The notes under the pieces were generated by a model. That model had not been told where the DNA came from and ran no database searches. It saw nothing but the letters and a program-made list of their open reading frames with translations. The position numbers and the translations under genes were made by a program. This document shows, one piece after another, positions 1 to 9,776 of a stretch of 60,327 nucleotides of DNA (position 1 is its first letter; every line of letters begins with the position of its first letter). Origin of the DNA: Gemmatimonadota bacterium (lineage in GTDB: Bacteria; Gemmatimonadota; Gemmatimonadetes; Gemmatimonadales; GWC2-71-9); the NCBI GenBank assembly GCA_025350665.1, contig JANXXJ010000044.1, positions 1 to 60,327 on the forward strand, written 5' to 3'.

Positions 1-674
1 CGGGCGACATCGACCCGCCGGAGCAGCCGGAGCGAGGGATCGCCCGCCTGGGCCAACCGCGAGCGAGGTTCCACGGCGGCGGCCAGATCGCCACGAATCA
101 CCCTGGCGATCGTCGCCGCCGTAGCATCGCCGAACAGTTGCTCCAGGGGCGCCGCCCCGGCCTGGGTCAGCAGCGCGGCGGGCGCCTGATCGCACAGACC
201 GAGACAAGGACTCCGGATCCAGGCCCCGTCGGCGGGAATCGCATGGGCCACTCCATCCGGCGCATGCCAGGCCGGACCGACGGTCCGTTCGAGCTCGGCG
301 CAGATCGTTTCGGCACCCTTGCAGCGGCACCCGATGTCGTCGCAAACGTGCACGATCCGCTGCGGGCGGGGCACCGTCGATAGGAGAGCGTAAAACGTCG
401 CCACGCCATAGGCATCCGCCGGTGGCACAGTGAGGCGCTGGCACAGATACATGAGCGCCCCTTCGCTGATCCAGCCGATCCGGGACTGGACGGCGTGGAG
501 CACCGGGAGGAGCAAGTGTCGGGACGCCCGGAGGCCGAGGCCGCCGGTCGCGGTGTGCTGGTCGCGTTCCCCGCGCGGCCCGCCCCGCCAGCCGTCCTCG
601 GGCGGACCGAGGATGGCGTCGACCGCGGCGCGTTCGTCGGCAGTCGGGGCGGCATCGAGCAGATGGAGATCCAC
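1..674 (-). CDS. NuoE/NuoF-like NAD(H)-linked subunit of formate dehydrogenase (N-terminal part; runs off window edge)
   Basis: Not in the ORF track because it is open at the edge. Manual translation from GTG at 674: MDLHLLDAAPTADERAAVDAILG...LLLPVLHAVQSRIGWISEGAL...GVATFYALL...VHVCDDIGC...SPCLGLCDQAPA, the NuoE 2Fe-2S pattern. Starts 15 nt after the fdh stop. Confidence 0.85.
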   Translation of the reverse strand, partial: MDLHLLDAAPTADERAAVDAILGPPEDGWRGGPRGERDQHTATGGLGLRASRHLLLPVLHAVQSRIGWISEGALMYLCQRLTVPPADAYGVATFYALLSTVPRPQRIVHVCDDIGCRCKGAETICAELERTVGPAWHAPDGVAHAIPADGAWIRSPCLGLCDQAPAALLTQAGAAPLEQLFGDATAATIARVIRGDLAAAVEPRSRLAQAGDPSLRLLRRVDVA

Positions 675-689
675 GGCAGACTCGTTTCG

Positions 690-2606
690 TTAGGCGACGG
701 CGCCGGCCGTGGCCCGCACCGGTTCGATCCGGACCGCGCAGGCCTTGAACTCGGCCGTGCCGGATTTGGGATCAGTGGCGTCGATGGTGAGGACGTTGGT
801 CCGAACCTGATCCTGATAGTGGAAGGTCATGAACACCAGGCCGGCCCGGAGGTTCCGGTCGAGCCGGACCGGCGCCACCACGGTTCCCCGACGCGAGGTG
901 ACCTGAACCAGATCACCGTCCCCCACGCCGAGACGAGCCCCGTCCTCTGGGGACATATCGCAGGTTTCCCCGCGGGTGAGCGGCGAGGTGAAGCCGCCGG
1001 TCTGGACTCCGGTGTTGTAGGCGTCGAGGCGCCGGCCGGTCGTGAGCTGGAACGGATACTCGGCGTCGGGTCGTTCGACCGGCGGATCGTGCTCCACGAC
1101 GCTGAACGGCGCTGGGGGCCCTACGCGGGGCTCCGCCCAGAGCCTGGCGTGGAGGAATTCCTCGCCCGGATGGGACTCGTCGTAGCACGGCCAATGGAGG
1201 CCCCCATGCTGTTCGAGCCTGGCGTAACTCATCCCGGCCACCATCGGCGCCAGCGAACGGACCTCGTTCCAGACGTCTTCGGCCGAGGGGTTGCCCCAGT
1301 CGCGTCCCATCCGTCGGGCGATTTCACCGATGATCCACCGGTCGTCCCGGGCGTCGCCGGGCGGCTCGAGCGCTTGGCGGACCCGCTGGACCCGGCGCTC
1401 GCTGTTCGTGACGGTGCCTTCCGACTCGCACCAACTCGACGAGGCCGGCAGGACGACCGACGCCAGTTCGGCGGTCCGGGTGAGGAGGATGTCCTGCACC
1501 ACCAGGTGATCGAGCCCGGTGAGGAGCCGCTCGGTCCGGTGCTGGTCGGCCTCCGACTGGGCCGGGTTCTCACCGATCACGTAGACGGCCCGGACCTCGC
1601 CGTGCTCCATGCCGTGAAACATCTCGGTGAGGTTCCGGCCGTATTCGGGTTTGAGGGGCACGCCCCAGGCCTGCTCGAACTTGTGCCGCACCGCTTCGTC
1701 CCGGGTCCAGTCCTGGAAACCGGCGAGGCGGTTGGGAATGGCGCCCATGTCTCCGCCGCCCTGGACGTTGTTCTGGCCCCGGAGCGGATTGAGTCCCGAC
1801 CCCCAGCGGCCCACGTGGCCGGTGAGGAGGGCCAGATTGATCAGGGAAAGAACGTTGTCGACCGCGTTGTGGTGCTCGGTGATGCCTAACGTCCAGCAGA
1901 TGACGGCCCGGTCGGCCCGGGCGAGCGCCAGCGCGGCGCGTTCGATGACGTCGGCGGGGACACCGGTTTCCTTCTCGGCGTACGCCAGCGTATAGCGCTC
2001 GACGGCCGCGGCATAGGCGGCATACCCGCTGGTGGCGCGGTCAATGAAGGCCCGGTTGACCAGCCCGGCGTGGATGATGACCCGCGCCATGGCGTTCGCC
2101 AGGGCGATGTCGGTGCCGACGTTCAAGCCGAGCCAGGCCTCGGCCCACTGGGCGGAGGCGGTGCGCCGGGGGTCCATCACGAACAGCCGGGCGCCGCGAT
2201 GGATCGCCTTGAGGACGTGATGGAAAAAGATCGGATGGTTTTCCCGGGCGTTCGCTCCCCAGAGGAAGACCACGTCGGTCTCTTCCACTTCCCGGTAGGA
2301 GCTGGTGCCCCCGCCCGCGCCGAACACTGTCGCCAGACCGACGACGCTAGGAGCGTGTCACGTCCGGTTGCAGCTGTCGATGTTGTGGGTCCCGAAGGCC
2401 ACCCGGGTGAGCTTCGAGGCCAGGAAATTCATCTCATTGCTGGCCTTCGAGCAGCTCATGGTGGCGAGGGCGTCGGGACCGTGGGCCGCCTTGGTCCGCC
2501 TGAACCCATCGGCCGCGCGATCGAGGGCTTCGTCCCAGGACGCGGGCCGGAGCACCCCGTTGTCACGAACCAGAGGCTGGGTCAGGCGGGTAAGCGGTTT
2601 GGCCAT
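690..2606 (-). CDS. fdhF: Selenocysteine-containing Mo/W-bisPGD formate dehydrogenase catalytic subunit (about 638 aa, Sec at UGA 2358-2360)
   Basis: ORFs 2358..2621 and 690..2327 are in the same frame and separated by one TGA in NIDSCNRT-U-HAPSV, the Cys/Sec-His active site. Also has PLRGQNNVQG, ESEGTVTNSERRVQ and the C-terminal molydop-binding motif (LTTGR...AEFKACAV). ATG at 2606. Confidence 0.92.
2325..2357 (-). promoter_or_regulatory. Bacterial SECIS element
   Basis: mRNA after UGA reads CACGCUCCUAGC-GUCGUC-GGUCU-GGCGAC-AGUG: a 6-bp stem 12 nt downstream of UGA with a GGUCU loop, like the E. coli fdhF SECIS. Confidence 0.85.
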
Positions 2607-2692
2607 AGGTACTCCTTGCACGGGATTTCGAGCGACACCTGCCCCCGGAAAATGCCGGTCAGTCGGGGGCGGGGCAAGGCGACCGCCCGGGA

Positions 2693-3916
2693 TCAGCGGC
2701 CCGCCGTCGAATCGGGTTTGAGCCAGGCCCGGAAGGTCGCCTCCGCAAATGGCGCCTTGGTCTGACCGAGTAGATCGGAGGGCTTGTTCCTGAGGTAGCG
2801 ATCGAAGAAGGCCAGGGTATACGCCTTGATGATCTCGTGCACCCGTTTGGGGTCGGTCTGGGTCTTCGCCCGCGGATAGAACAGCGAGAGGTCCGAAAAA
2901 TCACCGTGGGCGGTGTGGGCGATGGTGACCGAATACCAATCGGCGCTCGAATGGGCCCGAGCCGAGCTGTCCTTGACGTCGAGTTCCGCCATCAGCTGAT
3001 GCACCACCAGCCGGTCCTTTTCGGGATATTCGAGGGCGTCGTCGTCGCCGTGGTGGAACTGGAGAACGGGGCGAGTGGTGCCGGTCTGATCAACGGAGCC
3101 GAAGAGCTGGCCGTCGTGGTCCACGGCGGCCCTGACCCGGGGGTCCACGGCGGTCAGGTCAACGGCCAGCGCCCCGCCGAACGACCATCCGAAGGCGCCG
3201 ATCCGGCTCAGGTCGAGCCGGCCGTGGAACGGCCCGGGATCCCGTGCCAGCCGCTCGATCTGATCGAGCGTGAACCGGGCGTCCCCTCGCCAGATCTTGA
3301 ACACCGGATCATCGAGATAGGCCCAGCTCGCCAGCGCATCCTTGCGGCCGTCCTTGGTTTCCTTGGGAAAGGCCAGGGTATCAGCGGTGAAGGCGGTCCC
3401 ATCCGGATACTTGATCGTCTGGTTGAAGCCGAAGTGCTCGATCGAGAAGACGACATAGCCCTGGCTGGCCAGCCATTCGGTGGCGTAGGTGGCGCTCCAC
3501 CGGGTCCAGGCGCCGCCGTGGTTGTAGATGATGATCGGGAAACCGGCCGAATCGCCGGAGGCAGGCGGAGCATCCAGGACCGAGTTCGTCTTCGCATGAC
3601 GGGCGGCTTTGGCGCCGGCCCCGTTCGCAAACTCAGCCGGTCGCAGAAGATATCGCGCGGTGTCGCCGGCCGCGCCGGGAGCGGCCGGGTACCAGACCTG
3701 AACGACGATGCGCCGCCGATCGTTGGGGTTTCGCGTATAGGTCTCGGCCCGCGACGAGTCGGTCCAGTCGAACTCCCGGGTGCCCACCGCGTACGGACCA
3801 GAGGGTTTCTCAAACGGATGTTCGGGAATCTTCGGGAGCATCGTCCAGTAGACGTAACCGCCGGCCGCGGCGAGCAGCACCACAGCGGCCCCGATGATCT
3901 TGACGGCCTTGCGCAT
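2693..3916 (-). CDS. Membrane-anchored/secreted alpha/beta hydrolase (PAF-acetylhydrolase/chlorophyllase-like)
   Basis: N-terminal hydrophobic segment, GPYAVG, VQVWYP, LASQGYVV, nucleophile elbow GWSFGG, HGDFSD. Confidence 0.85.
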   Translation of the reverse strand: MRKAVKIIGAAVVLLAAAGGYVYWTMLPKIPEHPFEKPSGPYAVGTREFDWTDSSRAETYTRNPNDRRRIVVQVWYPAAPGAAGDTARYLLRPAEFANGAGAKAARHAKTNSVLDAPPASGDSAGFPIIIYNHGGAWTRWSATYATEWLASQGYVVFSIEHFGFNQTIKYPDGTAFTADTLAFPKETKDGRKDALASWAYLDDPVFKIWRGDARFTLDQIERLARDPGPFHGRLDLSRIGAFGWSFGGALAVDLTAVDPRVRAAVDHDGQLFGSVDQTGTTRPVLQFHHGDDDALEYPEKDRLVVHQLMAELDVKDSSARAHSSADWYSVTIAHTAHGDFSDLSLFYPRAKTQTDPKRVHEIIKAYTLAFFDRYLRNKPSDLLGQTKAPFAEATFRAWLKPDSTAGR

Positions 3917-3942
3917 CGATCCCCCCTGGGAGAAGCCCGGCG

Positions 3943-4290
3943 TCAGCGCCGCCGGGATCGTTCGATCTCGAGCTGCTGGTACAGTGGTCCGCCATCGTAC
4001 GGCGGCGTCATCGCCCGCACTTGTTCGATGACGACGGTCGCGAACAAACCGCCCCGGGAATAGGGCTCCCGGTCGATGAACGCCTGCGCCGCCTCACGAT
4101 CGGCGAGGCGAACGATCACTTCCATGCCGAGCGGGGCTCCATCGCCGGACAGAATCGCCCCGCCGAAAATGGTGAATGGCAGGGCCGCGATCATGTACTC
4201 GATGTGTTCGAGCCGGATCGCCAGCCGCTCCTCGGCCCCGCCAGGGCGGTAGTGGCACCGAATGGCCCAGGCGGAGGAAGCCTCGATCAC
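3943..4290 (-). CDS. YciI-family protein
   Basis: GTG start overlaps upstream TGA (GTGA). RLAIRLEHIEY...GGAIL...AQAFIDREPYSRGGLF matches the YciI pattern. Confidence 0.75.
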   Translation of the reverse strand: MIEASSAWAIRCHYRPGGAEERLAIRLEHIEYMIAALPFTIFGGAILSGDGAPLGMEVIVRLADREAAQAFIDREPYSRGGLFATVVIEQVRAMTPPYDGGPLYQQLEIERSRRR

Positions 4291-5003
4291 CGAAGCGCCG
4301 CCCGGATCGCCACCTCGACGACGGGGCCGATGACCCGATACCCCGCTTCGTTCGGATGCACGCCGTCGCTGGCGTACTCCGGTCGCATGCCGTGGCGAGG
4401 ATCGGCGGTCGGGGTGTGGACATCGGCGTACACCGCGGCGTGAGCCGCCGCATATCGTTTCATCCAGGCGTTCAGCGCCACGATCTTCGGGGCCGGCTCG
4501 AGACCTTGCTTCCAGGGGTAATCGAAGACCGGCAGGACCGAAACGAGCACGACACGAATGCCGTTGACCCGGGCGAGTTCGCACATCGTGGCGATATTGT
4601 CTTCGATCATCTCGAGCGTCGAGGGCCCGGTGTTTCCGGCAATGTCGTTGGTGCCGGCCAGGATCACGACGACCCGCGGCTTGAGCGCGATCACATCCTG
4701 CCGGAACCGGAGCACCATCTGCGGTGTGGTCTGGCCACTGGTGCCCCGCCCAACATACGCCTTTCCCGGAAACAGGGTGCCGAAGAACGCCGCCCAGGCC
4801 TCGGTGATCGAGTCCCCCATGAACACGACGCGCCGTTCTCCCGGACGGGGCGGCGGCAGGTCGGCGTTGGCCTGACGGTAGCGGCGGAGGCCGGCCCAGT
4901 CGTCAGGGCCCGTTTGCGCCGCGAGCGAGGGCGCGGCCAGGAGCCCGATTACCGCGGCAGCCGCCGCCGTTCCTCGCCACTGGATCAGCCCGTGGCGCCT
5001 CAA
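4287..5003 (-). CDS. SGNH/GDSL hydrolase, secreted
   Basis: FMGDSIT, RGTSGQTT, ILAGTNDIAGN and DGVHPN blocks; signal peptide; probable TTG start overlapping the upstream TGA. Confidence 0.9.
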   Translation of the reverse strand: MRRHGLIQWRGTAAAAAVIGLLAAPSLAAQTGPDDWAGLRRYRQANADLPPPRPGERRVVFMGDSITEAWAAFFGTLFPGKAYVGRGTSGQTTPQMVLRFRQDVIALKPRVVVILAGTNDIAGNTGPSTLEMIEDNIATMCELARVNGIRVVLVSVLPVFDYPWKQGLEPAPKIVALNAWMKRYAAAHAAVYADVHTPTADPRHGMRPEYASDGVHPNEAGYRVIGPVVEVAIRAALR

Positions 5004-6409
5004 TAGTGCCCCACGCTTCCCTTGACCGCGGCGATCAGCTTGACGGGATCGAATCCCACACCCTGCTTCATCACCCATTCGACCTTCCGGATATCCGCGA
5101 TATTCGCCGCCGGGTTGCCGCCGATCACCACCAGGTCGGCCTGCTTCCCAACTTCGATGGAACCGACCCGGTCGGCCCGGCCCAGATAGGTGGCGCCGTT
5201 CATCGTGGCAATCTGGATCGCCTCGACGGGGGTGAAGCCGGCCTCGACCAGCAGTTCGATCTGACGCTGGTTGGCAAAGCCGGGAATGACGCCACCCCCG
5301 CCGGTAGGATCGGTCCCCGCCACCAGCAGCCCGCCCGCCTTGGCGAAGGCGTATTCGAGCGCCATGTCCCGCGGGAACAGCGTCGCGTAGTTCGAGCTGG
5401 TCTGCTTCGACACGCCGGCGTAGAACTTGTCGAACTGTTCCTTGAGGTGGGGCGCCAGGACCTCGGTGCCCGGCGGCATCGGGCGCCCCGGCGTGAAGGT
5501 CTCGAACACTGTCAGGGTCGAGGTGATCGCCACGTTGGCCCGGATCAGCTGGGCCACCAGGGTCTTGAACGCCGGACTGCCGGGCTCGACCTGGCCCAGC
5601 GCGGCCTCCCCGCCTTTCGGACATTCGTCCGGCGTTTTCCCAGCGACAAAATCGGTGGAGGCGAGGAACCCGTGCTCGAGATCGTCAATGCCGAGGGCGG
5701 CGGCCTCCGCGTAGGTGACGGAACAGAGATGGCCCGTGACCTTCAGATGGCGCCGATGGGCTTCCTCGATGGCGGCGCCGAGCACGTCTCGGCGGATTTG
5801 CATGTACGCCTTGAACGACGTGGCGCCCTGATCGGCCCAGAACGCCACGAACCGGCGCGCCTCCTCGGGTGTGTTAAGCGACTGCATCTGGCCGAACGGA
5901 TTCGGCCCGTTCAAATACGGGGCGGTGGCATCGATCCATGGACCTGGCTTGTCGCCCCGGGCAATGGCTTTGCCGATGTTGAGCTCGGCGTACCCGTTCA
6001 TGTTGCCGCCGGTCCGCAACGAGGTCACGCCACCAGCCAGGTACAGTTTGACGAAGGACTCGGTGAAATTGCCGTAGGTGCCGGAGCCCGCCGGATAGAA
6101 CAGGTGCTCGTGCACCATGACCAGGCCCGGAATGACGGACTTGCCCGTCAGGTCGAGGACCTGGGCGCCGGCCGGGACCGGCACGGCCGCCGCGTTCCCC
6201 ACTGCCGCGATCATCCCGTCACGGACCACCACGGTCTGATCATCGCGGGCCGGCGTGCCCCGTCCGTCGATCACCCGCACGTGCTGGAGCACCACGAGCC
6301 CGGTATCGATCGTGACGAAAGGCCGGACCCCCGGCCCGATCCGGGGACGCTGGGCCGCCACAGGAACGGCCACCTGCACCAGCACGGCAGTCAGCAGCAA
6401 AGTGCGCAT
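5000..6409 (-). CDS. Secreted amidohydrolase-family protein
   Basis: Signal peptide, PGLVMVHEH (HxH), AGTD, GSIEVGKQADLVV. Confidence 0.9.
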   Translation of the reverse strand: MRTLLLTAVLVQVAVPVAAQRPRIGPGVRPFVTIDTGLVVLQHVRVIDGRGTPARDDQTVVVRDGMIAAVGNAAAVPVPAGAQVLDLTGKSVIPGLVMVHEHLFYPAGSGTYGNFTESFVKLYLAGGVTSLRTGGNMNGYAELNIGKAIARGDKPGPWIDATAPYLNGPNPFGQMQSLNTPEEARRFVAFWADQGATSFKAYMQIRRDVLGAAIEEAHRRHLKVTGHLCSVTYAEAAALGIDDLEHGFLASTDFVAGKTPDECPKGGEAALGQVEPGSPAFKTLVAQLIRANVAITSTLTVFETFTPGRPMPPGTEVLAPHLKEQFDKFYAGVSKQTSSNYATLFPRDMALEYAFAKAGGLLVAGTDPTGGGGVIPGFANQRQIELLVEAGFTPVEAIQIATMNGATYLGRADRVGSIEVGKQADLVVIGGNPAANIADIRKVEWVMKQGVGFDPVKLIAAVKGSVGHY

Positions 6410-6461
6410 CGATCCTCCGTTTGAATCATCAGATGTTTCCGCCCCAGCGGCGGCGGTGCCC

Positions 6462-7364
6462 CTAGAAGATGCGGTCGATCAGCGCGAAGAGAAACACCGT
6501 CACGCTCATGACACCGTTCATGGTGAAGAAGGCGGCGTCGAGACGGGAGAGATCGCCGGGCTTCACCAGCCGGTGCTCGTAGGCGAGAATGGCGGCCGCC
6601 GCGACCAGGCCAGCGACGTACCACGACCCGAAGCCTGCTGCCCAGCCGAACAGCGCCAGGGCGGGAATGGTGACGCCATGGAGGAGCTTGGCCACCAGGA
6701 TCGCCCGCCGCTCACCGAGCCTGACGACGGCGCTGCGGAGCCCCAGGCCCCGGTCGAACGCCTCGTCAGGCAGCGCGTAGAACATGTCGAACCCCGCCAC
6801 CCACGTTGCCACCGCGACCGTGACGGCGATCAACATCCACCAGGGCTCGCTCCAGCGCCCCGTCACTGCCAGAAACCCGCCCACCGGCGCGATGGCGAGT
6901 CCCATGCCGAGCCACAGGTGCGGCCACCAGGTAAACCGCTTCGACATGCTGTACCCGGTCACCCACACCAGCGCCACGGGCGAAAGCCAGAGGCAGAGCC
7001 GGTTGAGCGAACCCGCGGCCCAGAGAAAAATCATGGCCGCCACCGCCACCGACGCCCAGGCCTGGCCCACCGACAGCGCGCCGGTCGGCAGTTCACGATT
7101 GCGGGTCCGCGGATTCTCCGAGTCGAAATGGCGGTCGGCGATCCGGTTGAAGCCCATCGCCACCCACCGCGCCGCCGAGAACGCGACCACGACCAGGAAT
7201 ACGGTCCGCCACTCCACCGCCCGCTGGAAGGACGCAGCCAGCACGCCAAGCAGCGCGAATGGAAGCGCGAACAGCGTATGCGGCAACTTGACGAAGTTGA
7301 CGTAGCGGACGAAAAGCGACGCTCCGTCGAAGGTCTGGCCTTCCCGCTTCACGGCCTGGCTCAT
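6462..7364 (-). CDS. UbiA-family prenyltransferase (MqnP-like, futalosine menaquinone pathway)
   Basis: KLPHTLFALPFA, FNRIADRHFDSENPRT, AGFDMFYALPD motifs; ATGA-coupled to the UbiD gene. Confidence 0.88.
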   Translation of the reverse strand: MSQAVKREGQTFDGASLFVRYVNFVKLPHTLFALPFALLGVLAASFQRAVEWRTVFLVVVAFSAARWVAMGFNRIADRHFDSENPRTRNRELPTGALSVGQAWASVAVAAMIFLWAAGSLNRLCLWLSPVALVWVTGYSMSKRFTWWPHLWLGMGLAIAPVGGFLAVTGRWSEPWWMLIAVTVAVATWVAGFDMFYALPDEAFDRGLGLRSAVVRLGERRAILVAKLLHGVTIPALALFGWAAGFGSWYVAGLVAAAAILAYEHRLVKPGDLSRLDAAFFTMNGVMSVTVFLFALIDRIF

Positions 7365-8836
7365 CGAATCCCGAGCCGGGGCCAGAGTTCGTCCACGCGC
7401 TTCCTGGTCCCCTCGTCCATTTCGATCAGCGGCGGCCACTCCCGGGTAAAGCCCTCCTCGGGCCATTTCCTGGTGCCGTCGATGCCCATCTTGCTGCCGA
7501 AGGTGAACGCGCGGCTGGCGTGGTCGAGCACGTCGGTCGGGCCCATGCTGAAGCGGACATCGCGTTCGGGATCGATGTTATTGAGGGCGATCCACCAGGC
7601 CTCGTCCGGATTCCGGACGTTGACATGCTTATCCACGACGACGAGCACCTTGGCCAGCGACATCAATCCGGCGCCCCACATGGCGTTCATCACCTTGTAG
7701 GCCTGTCCAGGGTACTGCTTGTCGATCGACACGAAAACCAGGTTGTGGAAGATCCCGCAGGCCGGCATGTGATAGTCGACGATTTCCGGCGTGGTGAGCT
7801 TGAGCAACGGGAGGAAGATCCGCTCCGTGGCGTGGCCGAGGTAGTAGTCCTCCATCGGCGGACGGCCAACCAGCGTGGCCGGGTAGATCGGATCCTTCCG
7901 CATGGTGACGCAGGTGATGTGGACGGCCGGGTAGAGATCGGCCAGCGAGTAATAGCCGGTGTGATCGCCGAACGGTCCTTCCATGACGAGTGGTTCCGCC
8001 GGATCGATGTAGCCCTCGAGAACAATGTCCGCTTCCGCCGGAACCTCGAGATCACAGGTCACGGCCCGGGCCAGTTCCACCGGCGCTTTTCTGAGAAACC
8101 CGGCGAAGATGAACTCGTCGATCGTGGGCGGCAGCGGGGCCGAGGCCGAATACATCGCGGCCGGGTCCGCGCCGAGGGCGATGACGACGGGCATCCTTTC
8201 GCCCTTCTCGGCCATTTCACGCCAATGGGCCGCTCCGACCTTGTGGCGCTGCCAGTGCATCGCGACGGTGTTCTTCCCCATCACCTGGACCCGATACATC
8301 CCGACGTTCCGGATCCCGCGCGAGGGATCCTCGGTGATGACCATCGGGAAGGTGATGAACGGTCCGCCGTCCATCGGCCACGTCGTGAGGACCGGAAGCC
8401 GGGTGAGGTCGATCTGGTCACCCTTGATCACCACGTCCTGGCAGCTCGGCCGCCCGCTCCGGGTCCGGGGCGGGAACTTGGCCACCTCGGCCAGTTTGGG
8501 CAGCATGGCGAGTTTGCCGAACAGTCCGTCGGGGACTTTAAGGTTCAACAACTCGGAGATCCGGCCGCCGATGTCGTCGAGGTTCTCGACCCCGAGGGAC
8601 ATCCCCATCCGCTTCATCGAGCCGAACAGGTTGATGCCGACGGGAATCGGGCTGACCGAGCCGTCGGCCAGCACGGGCTGTTCGAACAGGAGCCCCGGCC
8701 CGCCGCCCGGGCTCTTCATCACCCGGTCGCTGATCTCGGCCATCTCAAGGTGGACCCGGACCGGCTCCTTGATCCGGACCAGTTCCCCGGCTCGTTCGAT
8801 CGCCGTCACGAATTCCCGCAGGGTATCGAGTGCCAT
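7361..8836 (-). CDS. UbiD-family menaquinone biosynthesis decarboxylase (MqnL-like)
   Basis: RNVGMYR, EGPFGDHTGYY, GRPPMED and KMGIDGT motifs; start at MALDTLREF. Confidence 0.93.
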   Translation of the reverse strand: MALDTLREFVTAIERAGELVRIKEPVRVHLEMAEISDRVMKSPGGGPGLLFEQPVLADGSVSPIPVGINLFGSMKRMGMSLGVENLDDIGGRISELLNLKVPDGLFGKLAMLPKLAEVAKFPPRTRSGRPSCQDVVIKGDQIDLTRLPVLTTWPMDGGPFITFPMVITEDPSRGIRNVGMYRVQVMGKNTVAMHWQRHKVGAAHWREMAEKGERMPVVIALGADPAAMYSASAPLPPTIDEFIFAGFLRKAPVELARAVTCDLEVPAEADIVLEGYIDPAEPLVMEGPFGDHTGYYSLADLYPAVHITCVTMRKDPIYPATLVGRPPMEDYYLGHATERIFLPLLKLTTPEIVDYHMPACGIFHNLVFVSIDKQYPGQAYKVMNAMWGAGLMSLAKVLVVVDKHVNVRNPDEAWWIALNNIDPERDVRFSMGPTDVLDHASRAFTFGSKMGIDGTRKWPEEGFTREWPPLIEMDEGTRKRVDELWPRLGIR

Positions 8837-8870
8837 CCGCCCGTATCCGCCTGTTCCTGGGGCCGTCTGC

Positions 8871-9605
8871 CTAACGGCCAGCCCGTTCGCCGACATGAAC
8901 CGCACAGATTCCGCCGAGCAGCAACCGGTAGCGCACCGCCGCGAACCCCGCCCGTTCCATTTTCGCCTTGAGCAGGTCCGGCGACGGAAACGCCAGAACC
9001 GACTCCGGCAAATAGGTGTAGGCATCCCGGTGCTTCGAGACCAGGCGGCCGACCAGCGGGAGCAGCCGTCGAAAATAGAAGAAATAGAGGCCGCGCATCG
9101 GCTGCCAGGTCGGCGTCGTGAATTCGAGTACCACGAGCCGGGCGCCGGGCTTGAGCACCCGGGCGGCCTCGGCCAGTCCCCGGTCGAGATCCATCAGGTT
9201 CCGGACCCCGAAGCCCACGGTGGCCCCGTCAAAAAAGGCCGAAGCAAAGGGCAGGTCGAGCGCATCGGCGGCGACCGGCACGACCGCCTTGGACTTCCCC
9301 CGCCCGAGTTCGAGCATCGGCTTCACGAAATCGGCCCCGATGACGCGCCCTTTGAACCCGGGATCGTTGCCAAGGGTCGCGGCGAGGTCGAGCGTTCCGG
9401 CGCACAGGTCGAGGTAGGTGCCGGCCGAATTTCGTTCCCAGCCGAGTGCCTTGACCGCATCCCGCCGCCAGCGCCGGTCGATGTTGAGGCTCAACACGTG
9501 GTTCAGGAGATCGTAGCGCGGTGCGATCGCCGTGAACATGCCCCGGACGTAGGCCCGTTTTTCGGGACCGCCCGGCAGGCTTAAGTCTTTGTCGGTGGCG
9601 ATCAT
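8871..9605 (-). CDS. menG: Demethylmenaquinone methyltransferase (UbiE/MenG)
   Basis: MFTAIAPRYDLLNHVLS, LDLCAGTLD, FGVRN, AYTYLPES. Confidence 0.92.
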   Translation of the reverse strand: MIATDKDLSLPGGPEKRAYVRGMFTAIAPRYDLLNHVLSLNIDRRWRRDAVKALGWERNSAGTYLDLCAGTLDLAATLGNDPGFKGRVIGADFVKPMLELGRGKSKAVVPVAADALDLPFASAFFDGATVGFGVRNLMDLDRGLAEAARVLKPGARLVVLEFTTPTWQPMRGLYFFYFRRLLPLVGRLVSKHRDAYTYLPESVLAFPSPDLLKAKMERAGFAAVRYRLLLGGICAVHVGERAGR

Positions 9606-9776
9606 AGGGGACGAAATAAGCGCGGGGGACGATTTGCACGCAACCGGCGGGGCCAACCCTGCCCGGCGGCCAGTTGGCCAGCCCCGCAGGCTGGCGTCCC
9701 ACTGGCTCCGCTGCCATCTTTCCCACGGCCCGTTCAGGTGAGGTGGGGGCCGAGCGCCTCCCTCAACTGAGCCTCG

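Noticed and set aside
495..1889. Long antisense or alternate-frame ORFs (e.g. 495..1889, 5006..6424, 16057..17775, 27508..29115, 41153..43423)
   Set aside because: Shadow ORFs of real genes in high-GC DNA; no motifs and they overlap well-supported genes.
2358..2621. Separate 87-aa gene, or fdh pseudogene
   Set aside because: Better explained as the N-terminus of a Sec-containing FDH, given the stop position and SECIS hairpin.
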